Positions 24,001 to 33,757 are shown, counted from the first letter of the stretch. The stretch is DNA of 57,885 bases from an uncultured Lachnospiraceae bacterium (GCA_964413365.1 CAYPRM010000002.1:14992-72876); one strand, 5' to 3'. Program-made: numbers and translations. Notes: generated from the sequence alone by a model not told the origin.

Positions 24001-25275
24001 TTAAATGCTATCAAGTGCGTCTGAGAGGTCGGCGATAATGTCGTCAACGTTCTCGATACCGACGGAGAGTCGGATTAGATTATCGGCAATTCCGATGCTC
24101 TCAAGATCTGCACTCGAGAGCTGACGGTGCGTCGTGGAGGCAGGATGGAGCACGCAGGAGCGCACGTCCGCAACGTGAGTTACGATGGAGATCATCTTCA
24201 TTCCCTCCATCACCGCCGACGCCTTCTCCGCTCCGCCACGAACGCCGAAGCTGAGCATTCCGCCCTGACCGTCAGGCATATATTTTTGCGCAAGCCCGTG
24301 GTAGGGGTTGGATGCGAGCGAGGGGTGCTTTACCCATTCAACGTTCGGATGGGACTCGAGGAATTTCGCAACACGTGCGGCATTCGAGCTGTGCCTCTCC
24401 ATACGTAGAGCCAATGTTTCCATTCCGAGATTCGTAAGAAATGCATTCTCGGGGCTCATTATCGCACCGAGGTCGCGCATCATCTGAACGCGGCACTTTG
24501 TGCAGAATGCGGTAGCACCGAGTGTCGAATATACAAGCCCGTGGTAGCTCTCGTCGGGAATATTGAACTCGGGATAACGCTCACTTGATGCAAAGTCGAA
24601 GGTTCCGCAGTCCACCACGCAGCCGCCGAGCGCAACGGCGTGTCCGTCAAGGTACTTTGACGAGGAATAGACCACCACGTCCGCTCCGAAATCACGCGGT
24701 CTGCAGAGCACGGGCGTTACGAGCGTATTGTCCACCATAAAGAGGACTCCGTGGCGTCTTGCGATCCTCGAGATCTTGTCAAAATCGAGCACAACTATCG
24801 TGGGATTGGATATAGTTTCGGCAAAGATGACCTTCGTTCCCTCGTCAACGAGAGCGTCGATGCTCTCCTCGCTGTCATCGGGATCGAAAAATCTACATTC
24901 GATGCCGTATCTCTTGAGAGTTACGGAGAAAAGATTGAATGTTCCGCCGTAGATAGCGTTGCTCGAAACGATATTATCGCCCGAGTGGCAGACGCTGAGA
25001 ACGGAGAGCAATGTTGCGCTCATTCCCGAGGCGCACGCGATCGCACCGCTTCCCCCGTCAAGGGCGGCGAGTTTTCCCTCAAACGCCGCAAGCGTGGGGT
25101 TGCCTATACGCGAATAGAAATATCCATCGCTCTTAAGGTCAAAGAGATCCGCCATGTCCTGCGCCTTCTCATAATAAAATGTAGTGCTCTGTGCGATGGG
25201 CACAACTCTCGGCTCACCACTCTTGGGATCGTAAACTCCCTGTACGCACAGGGTATCAAGATGCTTATCGTTCAT
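24001..25275 (-). CDS. O-acetylhomoserine sulfhydrylase (aminocarboxypropyltransferase), PLP-dependent
   Basis: Cys/Met-metabolism PLP enzyme fold, YSSSKYLDGH PLP-lysine motif, adjacent to metA. Confidence 0.88.
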   Translation of the reverse strand: MNDKHLDTLCVQGVYDPKSGEPRVVPIAQSTTFYYEKAQDMADLFDLKSDGYFYSRIGNPTLAAFEGKLAALDGGSGAIACASGMSATLLSVLSVCHSGDNIVSSNAIYGGTFNLFSVTLKRYGIECRFFDPDDSEESIDALVDEGTKVIFAETISNPTIVVLDFDKISRIARRHGVLFMVDNTLVTPVLCRPRDFGADVVVYSSSKYLDGHAVALGGCVVDCGTFDFASSERYPEFNIPDESYHGLVYSTLGATAFCTKCRVQMMRDLGAIMSPENAFLTNLGMETLALRMERHSSNAARVAKFLESHPNVEWVKHPSLASNPYHGLAQKYMPDGQGGMLSFGVRGGAEKASAVMEGMKMISIVTHVADVRSCVLHPASTTHRQLSSADLESIGIADNLIRLSVGIENVDDIIADLSDALDSI

Positions 25276-25312
25276 TTTTTGTAATTTCCTTTCGGTTATT
25301 TTGCCATATGGC

Positions 25313-25341
25313 TTGAATTATTAAAAAATATGTGGTAGAAT
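25313..25341 (+). promoter_or_regulatory. SigA-type promoter (extended -10) for the small Cys-rich protein gene
   Basis: TTGAAT, a 17-nt spacer, then TGg-TAGAAT. Confidence 0.55.
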
Positions 25342-25363
25342 ACCCATAGTGGAGGTATTGCTT

Positions 25364-25537
25364 ATGTCTTTATGCGAGAGCTGTGTTTACTATGACTGGG
25401 ACGAGGAATACGAGGACGAGGTCTGTACGATAAACCTCGACGAGGACGAATACCTGCGCTTTTCACAAAGCGGAGGCAAGGTCTGTCCCTATTACAGGTA
25501 CTATGACGAATACAAGTCAGTTCACAAGCAGATCTGA
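25364..25537 (+). CDS. Small acidic Cys-rich protein (CxxC...C...C), unknown function
   Basis: MSLCESCVYYDWDEEYEDEVCTINLDEDEYLRF..KVCPYYRYYDEY. GGAGG lies 8 nt upstream of the ATG at 25364. It resembles a small protein conserved in Clostridia, but I cannot verify the family name. Confidence 0.6.
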   Translation: MSLCESCVYYDWDEEYEDEVCTINLDEDEYLRFSQSGGKVCPYYRYYDEYKSVHKQI

Positions 25538-25542
25538 CGCTG

Positions 25543-25575
25543 AAATGCGGGAGAGCATAAGGCATTCCCGCATTT
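25543..25575. terminator. Bidirectional intrinsic terminator (small gene / folD)
   Basis: AAATGCGGGA-N13-TCCCGCATTT (10-bp stem) followed by a T-rich tract. Confidence 0.75.
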
Positions 25576-25580
25576 TATTT

Positions 25581-26444
25581 TTATTTCTTGGACCTTTCGG
25601 CAAATATCCTCGCCGAATTCAACGTGTTCTTCATCAGCATTGCGATGGTCATAGGCCCGACGCCTCCCGGAACGGGGGTAATGTACGACGCCCTCTCTGA
25701 GACCGCATAAAAATCGACATCTCCGACGAGTCTGCCCTCGGCGTCGCGGTTCATTCCGACGTCGATGACAACAGCGCCCTCCTTTACCATATCGGCTCTG
25801 ACAAAGCCCGCCTTACCGACGGCGCTCACAAGTATATCCGCCCTGCGGCAGATGTCCGCAAGTTCCCTCGTTCCGCTGTGGCAGACCGTTACCGTGCCGT
25901 TTTTGGCAAGGAGCAGGAGAGCCATCGGCTTTCCAACGATATTAGAGCGTCCGAGCACGACACATTCCTTCCCCGCTATCTCTATACCCGAGCGGCAGAG
26001 CAGCTCGATTATCCCCGACGGGGTACAGGGGAGCATAGTGGGCGTGCCGACGGTGAGCATTCCGACGTTGTAGGGGTGGAATGCGTCAACGTCCTTATCG
26101 GGCGAGATCCTCATAAGTATCCTATCCGCGTCAAGGTGGCGTGGGAGTGGAAGCTGTACAAGTATTCCGTGTATCTTGGGATCGGAATTCAGGTCGTCGA
26201 TAAGGTGCTCGAGCGTTTCCTGATCCGTATTTTCGGGGAGCTCGTGCGTTTCGGAGAAAAATCCGACCTGCTCGCACGCCCTTCCCTTATTTCTGACATA
26301 TATCTTTGATGCGGGATCGTCGCCGACTATCACGACCGCAAGCCCGGGGGTAATGCCCGTGCTCGCAACAAGCTCTGCAGTCTGCTCCGCTATCTCCGCC
26401 TTTACCTCGGCAGATATTGCCTTGCCGTCAATTATCTTAGCCAT
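25581..26444 (-). CDS. folD: Bifunctional methylenetetrahydrofolate dehydrogenase/cyclohydrolase FolD
   Basis: MAKIIDGKAIS...YVRNKGRACEQVG...GRSNIVGKPMA...TPVPGGVGPMT. Confidence 0.96.
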   Translation of the reverse strand: MAKIIDGKAISAEVKAEIAEQTAELVASTGITPGLAVVIVGDDPASKIYVRNKGRACEQVGFFSETHELPENTDQETLEHLIDDLNSDPKIHGILVQLPLPRHLDADRILMRISPDKDVDAFHPYNVGMLTVGTPTMLPCTPSGIIELLCRSGIEIAGKECVVLGRSNIVGKPMALLLLAKNGTVTVCHSGTRELADICRRADILVSAVGKAGFVRADMVKEGAVVIDVGMNRDAEGRLVGDVDFYAVSERASYITPVPGGVGPMTIAMLMKNTLNSARIFAERSKK

Positions 26445-27423
26445 TTTCGTTATTACCGTTATCCGTATTTTCTTCGGTCTCAGCCGTCTCTACCGTCTCT
26501 GCCGTCTCCTCAGCCTCGGGTACGGGAGCGCTATTAGCGGTTACGGGGAGGGATACGGTCGAGCCGTGGTTCTTTACGTAGATAAGTCCGTATACCACAA
26601 GTGCCGTTGCGACCGCAAAGAGCAAGAATCCGAGAAGCTGGGACACTCTTATTCCCGTGCTTCCTATAAAGAGTGCGTCCGTGCGCAAGCCCTCTATGAA
26701 CATTCTGCCAAAGCCGTACCACGCGAAGTAGTAGAGGGCGTTCTGACCGTCGAATTTCTTTTTCTTGAATACGATATTGATAAGTACGAAGCCGAGAATG
26801 TTCCACATCGACTCATAGAGGAAGGTGGGGTGAACGTAGACAAGCTCACCGCGTGCGGTCATAAATTCCCTCATCGTATTATCGGAGCAAAGTCCCATTC
26901 TCATAAAATAGAGCGGGTGGGACTCCGAAACGAGCGAGCCGTATGCCTCTCCGTTGCAGAAGTTGCCCCAGCGTCCTATCGCCTGTGCGAGCATTATACC
27001 GGGGGCTACGCAGTCAAAGAGCTTTCGCCAGCTTATCTTCTTTATGCGACAGCACACGAAGATGGTGAGCGCACCTGCGATTATTCCGCCGTAGATAGCA
27101 AGACCGCCGCTTCTGATATCAATTATATCCATAAATGTACTAAAGCTGTGATCGGAGAATATCACATAGTAAAGTCTTGCGCCGACAACTCCAAGAAGTA
27201 TGGTGAAGATGGTGATATCCGTGAGGTCGTCAAGCGATATGCCGTACTGACGGCAACGGTATGCGGCATACGCGAGCGCAAGCAACATTCCGCAGGCTAT
27301 GATGACTCCGTACCAATACACGGGAAAGCCTCCCTCACCAAAGGGGAGCGTGAAGGCTACGTTACTGATGTCCCATTCGCCGAGCCCGAGCCCGGGAAAG
27401 GATACGGTTACATTTTTCAACAT
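26437..27423 (-). CDS. lgt: Prolipoprotein diacylglyceryl transferase Lgt (with an acidic C-terminal tail)
   Basis: YWYGVIIACGM, GRWGNFCNGEAYG and HPTFLYES motifs. GGAGG lies 5 nt before the ATG at 27423. 8-nt overlap with the folD start. Confidence 0.92.
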   Translation of the reverse strand: MLKNVTVSFPGLGLGEWDISNVAFTLPFGEGGFPVYWYGVIIACGMLLALAYAAYRCRQYGISLDDLTDITIFTILLGVVGARLYYVIFSDHSFSTFMDIIDIRSGGLAIYGGIIAGALTIFVCCRIKKISWRKLFDCVAPGIMLAQAIGRWGNFCNGEAYGSLVSESHPLYFMRMGLCSDNTMREFMTARGELVYVHPTFLYESMWNILGFVLINIVFKKKKFDGQNALYYFAWYGFGRMFIEGLRTDALFIGSTGIRVSQLLGFLLFAVATALVVYGLIYVKNHGSTVSLPVTANSAPVPEAEETAETVETAETEENTDNGNNENG

Positions 27424-27497
27424 TTTGTCCTCCGTTCTGCCCACTTGGGGCAAAAGCATTTGTGTTTTTTACTTTTTATATCTTTATCTTTTTGTTT

Positions 27498-28811
27498 TTA
27501 TCCCTTGCACGCAGTGCAGCACACTATCGAAAGTGCAAATCTATCATCCGAGAACGAACTGTCAAGGCACTCTCTCACGTCCGCCTCCGTAATGCTCGCA
27601 AGGGCATCCCCGTACTCGAAAAGCCCCGTGCCGTCAAGCTCTGCGTTCAGCATTGCACTTGCGATATCGTCCACAGAATCAAAATCCCTCACGAGCTCCG
27701 CGCGCATAACACGCTTGCACCTCGTAAGCTCCGACGGATCTATCCCGTCGCGACGCAGGTGAGCGATGTATTGCTTGATACGCAGGAGTACTGCGTGCGG
27801 ATCATTTCCCTCGGCGGAAACGGAATTGAACGCCGCCTCACGCGAGATCGAATAGCCGTAAGAATACGAGTCATTTATAAGTCCGTCCTCGAGCAGTCCG
27901 TCGTAAAGCTCCCCCGCTCTCGAGAAGATAAGCTCATTTACCACGCTCATCAGCGCATCGCGTCTTACTCTCTCGTTTGCATTTTCCGGGGGGAGAGGAT
28001 CCTTGATGCTTATCTCAAAGACCGTACTGCTCACGGGCATATTCGTGCAAAGCTCGGGCGAGTCCACGGCAGTGGGATATCCGATCGTCGGTGGGATCGG
28101 CGTCTCTCCGCGCGTATCCATATCTCCGAGCACCTCACTCACCATACCGTAGATGCTGTCGGGATCGACATCCCCACATACTGCGAGCGTCATGCTTGAA
28201 TATCTGTAAAAATCCCGATAGCAGGCGCAGAGCAGCTCGGGCGTTATCCGTGCGATGCTCTCACAGGTTCCGAGAATGTCCTCCGAGAGCTTACAGCTTC
28301 CGTAGAGCGCCGTCAGTGTTTGCTGAGCGAGCAGGTCATAGGGGCTGTCAAGGTACATTTTTATCTCCTGCGTGATGATAGGTCTCTCGCTCTCCACGTT
28401 CTCCTCCGTAAAGCACGGGGAGGAAACGAATTTTAAAAGCTCACGGAGAGCGGGCATGGGATCGTCGGTGCAGGTAAAGGAATAGACCGTTTTATTGCTC
28501 GAGGTATACGCATTTGCGTCCGCACCGAGCGAGGCGAGCGTTTCCATCGAGTCCGTACCGTCGGGATTTGAGAACATCAGGTGCTCGAGGTAATGAGCGA
28601 TGCCCGAGGGATATTCCCTTCTCTCGCCGTCGACTGTTGAACCGCACTCATAGAGTGAGCCGAAGCGCACTCCGAGCAGAGCCGTGGTCTGCCTCATTTT
28701 CTTGCGAAGCACGCAGATGCGAAGTCCACAGCCGTGCGTGGCAGTATAATATGTCTCGCCGAGCGAGGTCGAGGTAAATATTTCAAATTTTCTTTTCCTA
28801 TTCACTCTCAT
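27498..28811 (-). CDS. M16-family zinc peptidase (active-site subunit)
   Basis: HxxEH motif present (GIAHYLEHLMF). Start uncertain (28811 or 28832); it overlaps the end of the upstream M16 gene. Confidence 0.8.
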   Translation of the reverse strand: MRVNRKRKFEIFTSTSLGETYYTATHGCGLRICVLRKKMRQTTALLGVRFGSLYECGSTVDGERREYPSGIAHYLEHLMFSNPDGTDSMETLASLGADANAYTSSNKTVYSFTCTDDPMPALRELLKFVSSPCFTEENVESERPIITQEIKMYLDSPYDLLAQQTLTALYGSCKLSEDILGTCESIARITPELLCACYRDFYRYSSMTLAVCGDVDPDSIYGMVSEVLGDMDTRGETPIPPTIGYPTAVDSPELCTNMPVSSTVFEISIKDPLPPENANERVRRDALMSVVNELIFSRAGELYDGLLEDGLINDSYSYGYSISREAAFNSVSAEGNDPHAVLLRIKQYIAHLRRDGIDPSELTRCKRVMRAELVRDFDSVDDIASAMLNAELDGTGLFEYGDALASITEADVRECLDSSFSDDRFALSIVCCTACKG

Positions 28812-30132
28812 CCGCCTCCTCTCCGTCCGCATCTCCCCTGAGAAGGTAGACCGTATGCGGTGAGAGCCTGCCTGCCGCCTGTGCTATGTCATCGCGTGTA
28901 AGCCCTTGAAGCTCTGTTGCAAATAGATCGGGATCACGGTCCGAGCCGCTGAGCACCGCACCGAGGTAATACCGCTCGATCGCCGAGGCGGAGTCCGTTA
29001 CCGTTCCGTAATAGCCGCAGAGCGTTTTCTTTGCGGCAGATATCTCGCCGTCGCTGATATTGCCATCTGCTATGAGGCTGACCTGACGCAATATCTCATC
29101 CTTCGCAGGCTCGCTGTCCTGCGCGTCAATGCCCGTGCTCACGAATATCACTCCGCGCGCACTGCTGTATACCGACGAGCACTCGTAGCAGAGTCCTCTC
29201 TCCGTCCGCAGGGCACTCATTAGCCTTGATGCAGGGGATGCGCCGAAAAGCTCATTGAAAAGGAGCATCGCAGGATATTCCGCATCGGTCCTGAGCACTC
29301 CACATTCAAGGCTTATTGCAAGCCTTCCCTGCGACACGTCCCGTGCTTCCTCAATATAGGCAGGCGTGGGGCGTTTTGTAAGACGGTACGGTGTTCTCGT
29401 ATCTATATTTATATCTGTAGCTTTTTTGCTTGAATTCCGAAATTTCTCAAGGTGCTTTTGCGTCGGCTCTACAAGCTCGGCAATATTTTTTGCCTCACGG
29501 TCTCCGACGTAAAAGACGATCAGCCTCGCCTGCCCGAGCACATCAAGATATGTGCGATAGAGCGAGCGTGCGTCGGCGGAGCGTATTTTTTCACGTGCCA
29601 TATCGAGCGTATCGAACAGCCCAAGCTCCGCATAGGTCTCCTCGCGGCATCTTATCGAAGCGTAGGAACGCGGCTCATTGATCTGCGAATCAATGAGGCT
29701 GAGCTGATTTTTCTTCTCGCTCTCAGCATAGCCCTCAAGAAATGAATCTTCATCGTCCGAGAGCAGGGGTGAGAACAGGATCTCGTTCATCAAAGAGAGC
29801 GTTTCTGCCAGTAGATCGCACTCGCCGTCCGTATATTCGGGGCGGAGCACGTCTGCATTGAGTCCGAGCAGGTGGAGCGAGTCCGTTTTCATATCCTTAA
29901 AGCTCAGCTCCGTAGCGTAAAGCTCGTCAAGACGCCTGTTTATCGCTGACTGCGTGGGGTATTTCACGCATCCTCGCTTAAGCGTGGAGAGCAGCAGGGA
30001 AAGCTCCGTGCCCCGTCCTGCATCCTCGGGAAAGGTGAGGTAGAGCGAGAGGCTCTCCGTCTTAAATCTGTCAGTTTTATACGACAGCAGTCGCGCGCCG
30101 CCGTCAAGATCCAACGTTTCTATGTCTCTCAT
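28798..30132 (-). CDS. M16-family peptidase-like protein lacking the HxxEH motif (non-catalytic partner)
   Basis: Size and organisation fit M16B. I found no HxxEH motif. ATG at 30132; the track start at 30147 is TTG. Confidence 0.7.
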   Translation of the reverse strand: MRDIETLDLDGGARLLSYKTDRFKTESLSLYLTFPEDAGRGTELSLLLSTLKRGCVKYPTQSAINRRLDELYATELSFKDMKTDSLHLLGLNADVLRPEYTDGECDLLAETLSLMNEILFSPLLSDDEDSFLEGYAESEKKNQLSLIDSQINEPRSYASIRCREETYAELGLFDTLDMAREKIRSADARSLYRTYLDVLGQARLIVFYVGDREAKNIAELVEPTQKHLEKFRNSSKKATDINIDTRTPYRLTKRPTPAYIEEARDVSQGRLAISLECGVLRTDAEYPAMLLFNELFGASPASRLMSALRTERGLCYECSSVYSSARGVIFVSTGIDAQDSEPAKDEILRQVSLIADGNISDGEISAAKKTLCGYYGTVTDSASAIERYYLGAVLSGSDRDPDLFATELQGLTRDDIAQAAGRLSPHTVYLLRGDADGEEADESE

Positions 30133-30247
30133 TCTCAAAATCTCCAAATACCCTCGAAAAGCTTAATATTTTCCATACTATTTTACAACATTTTTTCATA
30201 TTTTGCAACCTTTACGATAATTTTATTTGTAAATTATTTGTATACAC

Positions 30248-30276
30248 TTGCACAATGCGTCAAAATGTGCTAAAAT
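30248..30276 (+). promoter_or_regulatory. SigA-type promoter (extended -10) for the LytM-domain gene
   Basis: TTGCAC, a 17-nt spacer, then TGc-TAAAAT. Confidence 0.5.
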
Positions 30277-30353
30277 AGATAAAAGAAACCATTATCTGCG
30301 CCCTCGGTGCGGATATCCACATATTACACCCCAAAAGGAAGGAGATATTGCTT

Positions 30354-31955
30354 ATGAAAAAGGCGCTGACAGTAATTATTGCGACGCTCGTGGTGCTGCT
30401 ACCGACGCTCGCAGGTACGATAATATATTTTATGCCCGAGGATCCTGCCACTCAGCAGGTCAGCATAACGGGCACATTCTACGACGGAGAGGGCGTTACC
30501 TTTGACTTCACACGCTCGAAAAACGCCACCCTCTGTACCTTCTTCGACGAGCTTGAGAGCAATTCCATTCCCACGGAGCTTGCCATAAGCAGGATCAGGT
30601 ACGACAAGATATTTTATGCAGATATGAAGAAGGGCGACGTGGAGACCTCCATGACGCTCTACCTCTCAGGAAGCGGATATTGCTACTATTCCCTGCCCGA
30701 CGGCTCGACAAGACGCATAAACACCTCGCACTCCCAGACGCTGCTCAACTCGCCATACACCGTCAGCCTCTATGAGGCGATCAATACCCCGATACTAAAG
30801 ACCTTCTCGGGCGAGACAGTTCTCCCGAAAGCAAGGAGCTTCAAATACGTTCTCCGCGACGGCATAAGCACGCAGGAGGGCAAGACCACCCCGATCACCT
30901 CCGAGGTGCGCACGTACTACTCGAGCAAGACCTCGGTATTCACCTTTTCAAAGAAGCCCGATATCTGTAATATCAAGGCATACATCGGCGACGAGATCGA
31001 GTATGAGGGACCGCTCTACGAATTTGACTCCACCTCCCTGCCCATCGGCGCGACCGTCAGATTTGACATTGAGGCAACATGGATAAAGGGCGACGAAACG
31101 ACAAAATCCTTCGGTACGGCGAGCTATTCCTTCTACGTGGTCTACTCACCTGCTCCCACGTTCAAGCTCACTGCGACCTCCATCATCGCAGGCGATATGA
31201 TACCCGTAAGGGTTGGCAATATCAGAAATCCCGAGAGCGTTAAGCTCACCGCCGCAGACGGGATCGGCACGTCCGTGAGATTCTTTAAGAGTGGCGAGAT
31301 GTACTATGCTCTGATCCCGACCGATATAGACCTTGCGGCAGGAAAATACAAGCTCACACTCTCCTCGGGTGAGACGACGTCAAGCTTTGAGGTCGCAATA
31401 GAGGCAAGAAATCGCGATGCAAGTGTCAAAATTTACGACATCTCATCCCCAATAACCGCCGAGCAGATAGCGGAGATGCAGGACAAGCTCTCCGAGATCG
31501 GCACGAAATGCTCCGACTTCACCGCCTCCGCAGGCAAGAGCTTTATAAATTACGAGAGAGCTTATTCCGACACCTTTGCACTCACACTCGGATTCGGAAA
31601 AACGAGAAAATTCAGCCTCGGAGAGAGCCTCGATATGATAGGCGTGGAATTTTCAGGTGCGGAGGGCGTAAGCATCCCCGTTATCAATGACGGCACGGTC
31701 TGCGCCGTTGGTGAGGATCCCATACTCGGAAAATACGTCGTGGTCGATCACGGATGTGGCCTTATGAGCTGGTATTGCAATATCAGCGAGAGCAGGGCGC
31801 AGCTTGGCGAGTCGCTTGAACGCGGAGATGCGGTCGCGAAAACGGGAAAGACCGCCTGCTACGGGCAGAGCGGCTTCTACCTCATAACCACCGTGCTCGG
31901 ACAGCCCGTCTCCCCCTACTCCGTCTACGAAAACGGATTTACGCTGTTTAATTAA
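30354..31955 (+). CDS. Membrane-anchored protein with a degenerate (probably non-catalytic) M23/LytM domain
   Basis: N-terminal TM helix. The C-terminal block IPVINDGTVCAVGEDPILGKYVVVDHGCGLMSWYCNIS...GDAVAKTGKT...GFYLITTVLGQPVSP matches the M23 fold, but the HxxxD, YxH and HxH positions are substituted. Confidence 0.7.
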   Translation: MKKALTVIIATLVVLLPTLAGTIIYFMPEDPATQQVSITGTFYDGEGVTFDFTRSKNATLCTFFDELESNSIPTELAISRIRYDKIFYADMKKGDVETSMTLYLSGSGYCYYSLPDGSTRRINTSHSQTLLNSPYTVSLYEAINTPILKTFSGETVLPKARSFKYVLRDGISTQEGKTTPITSEVRTYYSSKTSVFTFSKKPDICNIKAYIGDEIEYEGPLYEFDSTSLPIGATVRFDIEATWIKGDETTKSFGTASYSFYVVYSPAPTFKLTATSIIAGDMIPVRVGNIRNPESVKLTAADGIGTSVRFFKSGEMYYALIPTDIDLAAGKYKLTLSSGETTSSFEVAIEARNRDASVKIYDISSPITAEQIAEMQDKLSEIGTKCSDFTASAGKSFINYERAYSDTFALTLGFGKTRKFSLGESLDMIGVEFSGAEGVSIPVINDGTVCAVGEDPILGKYVVVDHGCGLMSWYCNISESRAQLGESLERGDAVAKTGKTACYGQSGFYLITTVLGQPVSPYSVYENGFTLFN

Positions 31956-31985
31956 TAAAAACGTAAAAAAATTTGAAAAAAGCTA

Positions 31986-32014
31986 TTGACAAGAGCATCA
32001 CCATGTGATATAAT
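31986..32014 (+). promoter_or_regulatory. SigA-type promoter (extended -10) for ylxM-ffh
   Basis: TTGACA, a 17-nt spacer, then TGa-TATAAT. Confidence 0.7.
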
Positions 32015-32057
32015 GTGTAAAGTATTTTGCTTTACACATTATTTTTTGGAGAGAATC

Positions 32058-32390
32058 ATGTTTGAGAAGGATCTGAGGATTGCATATCTGCTCGACGTCT
32101 ATGGCGACGTGCTCACGGAGCGCAAGGCGGAGGTGCTCGATATGTACTACAACGAGGATTTTTCCCTCTCCGAGATAGCCGAGCAGATCGGCATCTCGCG
32201 TCAGGGCGTGAGGGATCTGATCCGCAAGGGGCAGGATGAGCTTCTGTTCCTCGAGGAAAAGCTCGGACTCGCGCAAAAGCTCTCCGCTATGCGTGAGCAC
32301 GTGGACTCGCTCACCTCCCTTCTTCGGGATTCCGAGCACTCCGAGGCAGCTCTCACGGAGCTTGACGCGCTCACCGCATTGCTAAAATAA
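32058..32390 (+). CDS. ylxM: YlxM/p13-like putative DNA-binding protein (UPF0122)
   Basis: MFEKDLRIAYLLDVYGDVLTERKAEVLDMYYNEDFSLSEIAEQIGISRQGV, immediately upstream of ffh as in Bacillus. Confidence 0.9.
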   Translation: MFEKDLRIAYLLDVYGDVLTERKAEVLDMYYNEDFSLSEIAEQIGISRQGVRDLIRKGQDELLFLEEKLGLAQKLSAMREHVDSLTSLLRDSEHSEAALTELDALTALLK

Positions 32391-32413
32391 ATAACACGCA
32401 GGAGGTAAACGGT

Positions 32414-33757
32414 ATGTTTCAGAGCCTTAGCGACAAGCTCGCGAACGCTTTCAAAAAATTCAGAAACAAAGGAAAGCTTACTCCCGATGACGTTAAAGCA
32501 GGTATGAGAGAGATCAAGCTCGCACTTCTTGAGGCAGATGTCAATTTCAAGGTCGTAAAGGCGTTCGTCAACACCGTTTCCGAGCGTGCGGTCGGCGCAG
32601 AGGTGCTCGAGTCCCTTCTTCCTGCTCAGCAGATAGTAAAGATCGTAAATGAGGAGCTCATAAATCTTATGGGCGGCACTCAGGCGAAGCTCAATATATC
32701 CTCCGCTCCCCCCACCGTCGTTATGATGGTCGGACTTCAGGGCGCGGGCAAGACCACCCACGCAGGCAAGCTTGCAGGAATGTACAAGAAGCAGGGTAAG
32801 CATCCGCTCCTCGTCGCCTGCGATATCTACCGCCCGGCGGCAATAAAGCAGCTGCAGATCGTCGGCGAGAAGCTTGATATCCCCGTTTTCACGATGGGAG
32901 ATCAGGTCTCCCCCGTCGTCATCGCTCGTGAGGGTGTGGCTTACGCAAAGCAAAAGGGCTACGATATGGTCTTTATCGACACCGCAGGCCGTCTTCACAT
33001 TGACGAGGAGCTCATGGAGGAGCTTCGTGCCATAAAGGCGGAGACCTCTCCGAGCGAGATATTGCTCACGGTCGATGCGATGATCGGTCAGGATGCGGTC
33101 AACGTTGCCGAGACCTTTAACGAGCTTCTCGATATCACGGGCGTCGTGCTCACAAAGCTCGACGGAGATACGAGGGGCGGTGCGGCGCTTTCCATCAGAT
33201 ACGTTACGGGTAAGCCGATAAAATTCATAGGAACGGGAGAGAAACTCGACACGATAGAGCCCTTCCACCCCGAGAGAATGGCATCGAGGATACTCGGTAT
33301 GGGCGACGTGCTCACGCTCATTGAGAAGGCACAGAGCGCATACGACGAAAAGCAGAGCGCGGAGCTTGAGAAGAAGATACGCCAGCAAAAATTCACGCTT
33401 GACGACTTCCTCGACCAGCTTCAACAGCTCAAGAGCATGGGCGGAGTTGAGCAGATGCTCGGAATGATGCCGGGAATGAGCGGCAGTGCTATGAAGGACG
33501 TAAAGGTCGACGAGCGTGCAATGGCTCATACGGAGGCGATAATTCGCTCGATGACCATGCAGGAGAGAGTCAACCCCGAGATCATAAATTCCTCGCGCAA
33601 GCAGAGGATCGCGAAGGGCAGCGGAACCTCCGTAGAGGAGGTAAATAAGCTCCTTCGCCAATTCGAGCAGATGAAGAAGATGATGAAGCAGTTCTCCGAT
33701 CCCAAAAAGCTCAAGAAAATGGGCTTTGGCGGCAAGGGCAGACGACTTCCCTTCTGA
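32414..33757 (+). CDS. ffh: Signal recognition particle protein Ffh
   Basis: GLQGAGKTT and DTAGR motifs, Met-rich M domain, typical N-terminus MFQSLSDKL. Confidence 0.97.
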   Translation: MFQSLSDKLANAFKKFRNKGKLTPDDVKAGMREIKLALLEADVNFKVVKAFVNTVSERAVGAEVLESLLPAQQIVKIVNEELINLMGGTQAKLNISSAPPTVVMMVGLQGAGKTTHAGKLAGMYKKQGKHPLLVACDIYRPAAIKQLQIVGEKLDIPVFTMGDQVSPVVIAREGVAYAKQKGYDMVFIDTAGRLHIDEELMEELRAIKAETSPSEILLTVDAMIGQDAVNVAETFNELLDITGVVLTKLDGDTRGGAALSIRYVTGKPIKFIGTGEKLDTIEPFHPERMASRILGMGDVLTLIEKAQSAYDEKQSAELEKKIRQQKFTLDDFLDQLQQLKSMGGVEQMLGMMPGMSGSAMKDVKVDERAMAHTEAIIRSMTMQERVNPEIINSSRKQRIAKGSGTSVEEVNKLLRQFEQMKKMMKQFSDPKKLKKMGFGGKGRRLPF

